Source: a virus (Duplodnaviria > Caudoviricetes). Taken from it: a stretch of DNA of 27,021 nucleotides. A model generated the notes under the pieces. That model was not told where the DNA came from and ran no database searches. It was given only the letters and a program-made list of their open reading frames with translations. Shown here in pieces: positions 25,318 through 27,021 of the stretch. Positions within the stretch are counted from its first letter, which is position 1. Every line of letters begins with the position of its first letter. The DNA lies in IMG/VR virus record IMGVR_UViG_3300020533_000018, positions 1 to 27,021 of that record. One strand, 5' to 3'. The translations under genes were made by a program, and so were the position numbers.

Positions 25318-25676
25318 CAAACATACATCTAAAAATCTGTGATTACTTAGGCAAGGCAAAAGAAATTGATATTGATACTCTTAAAAATATAATCGCTAAA
25401 CATTGCGGAGTTGAAGCGGATGTGTTTACAACTAAAGACCGCCAAAGAGAAAAACTATTGCCACGTTACATCTTCATGAAAGTGATGTATAAGTACTCTA
25501 AACTAAGTCTGAAACAAGTTGGTAAGTTAGTTGGTAATAGAGACCATACAACTGTAATAAATGGGCTTGCGCAGCTTAATAATCTTATGACTTATGACTA
25601 CGAAAGGGGTGTATTCAGGGAAGTAATGGCTGAACTAAAAAATAGATATACGTTAAAAACGCATTTTAAAGCATGA
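25314..25676 (+). CDS. DnaA C-terminal (domain IV) HTH-like protein
   Basis: PRYIFM...LSLKQVGKLVGNRDHTTVING matches the DnaA domain IV signature. ATGA overlap at 25314. Confidence 0.85.
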   Translation: MTNIHLKICDYLGKAKEIDIDTLKNIIAKHCGVEADVFTTKDRQREKLLPRYIFMKVMYKYSKLSLKQVGKLVGNRDHTTVINGLAQLNNLMTYDYERGVFREVMAELKNRYTLKTHFKA

Positions 25677-25957
25677 CACCAAGGCAAAGAGACTGGAACT
25701 ATATTTTTTTTCTGAATGAGGTTAAAAAGGCTTGCAAAAAAGGTGAAAGACCATTGATGAATCATTTGTGCAAAGGATTAGGAATATCAAGAAACATTCA
25801 GATAGTACTGCAAAACAATGGAGTTATTAAGAGAGTTAATTTTGCCAAATATGAATGGATTAAAGATATAGAACTTGAAAAATTGCATAAAGAAATTACA
25901 TTGTATAATCGTAATTTAGCGACAAGGAAAAGAGAGCGTAAAAAGTTAATCAGATAG
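25673..25957 (+). CDS. Basic hypothetical protein (possible winged HTH)
   Basis: ATGA overlap and the pattern LCKGLGISR..LQNNGVIKR. Confidence 0.6.
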   Translation: MTPRQRDWNYIFFLNEVKKACKKGERPLMNHLCKGLGISRNIQIVLQNNGVIKRVNFAKYEWIKDIELEKLHKEITLYNRNLATRKRERKKLIR

Positions 25958-26043
25958 TGGCGAGTATTAATTAACGTTTTGCGTGTATGTTATATCATTC
26001 ATTAACCTAAATTATTTCCGATAAGGTATGAAAAGTCATTCAG

Positions 26044-26159
26044 ATAACGGCTGTGGGTTTGTGCAGTTTTTAAACGAATTTTGATATGACAACAGATGAA
26101 GCGATATGTATAGGTAACTTTATAGAAGCAATGGAAAAATTGCACAAACCCATTGTTAT
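26044..26159. repeat. attC-like imperfect inverted repeat
   Basis: ATAAC..TGGGTTTGTGCAGTTTTT (26044-26071) pairs with AAAAATTGCACAAACCCA..GTTAT (26135-26159). The inner arms match 17/18. Confidence 0.8.
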
Positions 26160-26283
26160 AAGAATGTGCTGGCTCGATGTAAGTGAACTCCAAACGAGTG
26201 CTGCATTAGTTTGGATGGAAGAACCACAGGATGATGATTCTTGTTCAACGGGAAAGAGCGTTGGCAGCCAGCATTTCTTATAA
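26086..26283 (+). CDS. Hypothetical 65-aa ORF running through the palindromes
   Basis: Starts in the loop of repeat 1, and its stop TAA is part of the CTTATAAC core. Confidence 0.4.
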   Translation: MTTDEAICIGNFIEAMEKLHKPIVIRMCWLDVSELQTSAALVWMEEPQDDDSCSTGKSVGSQHFL

Positions 26284-26284
26284 C
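26155..26284. repeat. Second inverted repeat sharing the GTTAT core with the first
   Basis: GTTATAAGAATGTGCTGGCT (26155-26174) pairs with AGCCAGCATTTCTTATAAC (26266-26284). Confidence 0.8.
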
Positions 26285-26316
26285 TACTTTATACACGCAA
26301 CTAAACACTTAACTCT

Positions 26317-26574
26317 ATGTATATCAACGAAAATGAATTAGAATGTGTTGTTAATTACCAACATTTTACAGACCTATACAGCCAAATTGTCGATGATTGC
26401 CGACAATGCAGAACAGAAGCTAAATTAAGTCAAACGGATTTAGCGGAGATGTTTGGAGTTAATCGCTGGCGAATTGTTGAATTTGAGCAAAAGAAGAAAA
26501 TGGACTGGCAGATACTTTTTTTAGCATCCGAAAAATTAGGAATTGAAATATTTTTAACACATAAAATCAATTAA
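26317..26574 (+). CDS. XRE-family HTH protein
   Basis: RTEAKLSQTDLAEMFGVNRWRIVEFE. Confidence 0.85.
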   Translation: MYINENELECVVNYQHFTDLYSQIVDDCRQCRTEAKLSQTDLAEMFGVNRWRIVEFEQKKKMDWQILFLASEKLGIEIFLTHKIN

Positions 26575-26575
26575 A

Positions 26576-26821
26576 ATGACACAAAAACAAGCGATTTTTA
26601 ATGCCTTACTTTCGGGCGAAGTTCTAACAACTTTAAAGGGAGTGAAAGAATTTGGAACGGTCAAGCTACCAACTCGAATAGATGAACTGGAATTGAAACA
26701 CAAATTTTATTGCAACCGAAAATTAATTAAATTCAAGACAAGATACGGAACTTCAGGCTATTACTTTGAATACCAAATGAGGTCTAATGACAGAAAAAAA
26801 TTGAAAAAATGTATAAAGTAA
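26576..26821 (+). CDS. Winged-HTH protein (HTH_39-like)
   Basis: TQKQAIFNALLSGEVLT..EFGTVKLPTRIDEL. Confidence 0.7.
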   Translation: MTQKQAIFNALLSGEVLTTLKGVKEFGTVKLPTRIDELELKHKFYCNRKLIKFKTRYGTSGYYFEYQMRSNDRKKLKKCIK

Positions 26822-27021
26822 AAAGGGTATCCAACAAACTAATTGCCTACGATGAAACTGGCAATCAAATCGAGAATCTGAAATCGGACTTTGAATTTGA
26901 TTTTGCGGACTTAAAAGGAGTTAAGCTATCGGAAGTTACAGATTGTAACCGACTGCGCCAAATGACATTTAAATTCCGATTTAGTAGCGGATTAAGGAAT
27001 ACTATTGAAAATCGAATTAAA
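26809..27021 (+). CDS. Hypothetical protein, 3'-truncated by the window edge
   Basis: ATG 26809 is open to the end (MYKVKRVSNKLIAYDETG...). Confidence 0.6.
   Translation, partial: MYKVKRVSNKLIAYDETGNQIENLKSDFEFDFADLKGVKLSEVTDCNRLRQMTFKFRFSSGLRNTIENRIK

Noticed and set aside
126-26193. Minus-strand ORFs listed in the track (e.g. 2106-2339, 7410-8150, 10438-10827, 14060-14467, 15510-15857, 18275-19039, 26002-26193)
   Set aside because: They are antisense shadows of well-supported + strand genes or repeats, with no recognisable motifs or leaders.
1-27021. Stop-codon reassignment
   Set aside because: Genes are full length under the standard code and TAA, TAG and TGA all end genes. The apparent gaps are explained by frameshifts and small ORFs.

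Overview
A 27-kb, AT-rich stretch of a tailed dsDNA (siphovirus-like) phage genome. The host is most likely a Bacteroidota: TAnnTTTG -7 promoter boxes are present and translation starts are A/C-rich with no Shine-Dalgarno. Almost everything is on the + strand. Late region, in a non-canonical order: terminase large subunit (5'-truncated), a tail-chaperone-like pair joined by a -1 slippery T9 site, tail completion and tail tip genes, tape measure, ClpP-type prohead protease with a nested scaffold start, major capsid, major tail, a three-glycosyltransferase cassette, portal, adaptor, tail fibre, lysis genes and a metallophosphoesterase. Early region: small ORFs, ERF plus YqaJ recombination genes, a DnaA-domain-IV-like protein and HTH proteins. 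Several items are missing or incomplete in the ORF track. (1) A complete GT25 glycosyltransferase has no canonical start codon and is reachable by -1 slippage at an A10 run, which fuses it to a small protein inside the structural operon; this is a candidate virion-glycosylation system. (2) Two minus-strand genes (a ribbon-helix-helix regulator and a small membrane protein) lie behind back-to-back promoters. (3) Three apparently leaderless late promoters share the same spacing. (4) An interlocking attC/gene-cassette-like palindrome array lies at about 25970-26300. All product calls come from motif recognition by eye; no database search was run. No integrase, tRNA, rRNA or CRISPR array was seen.
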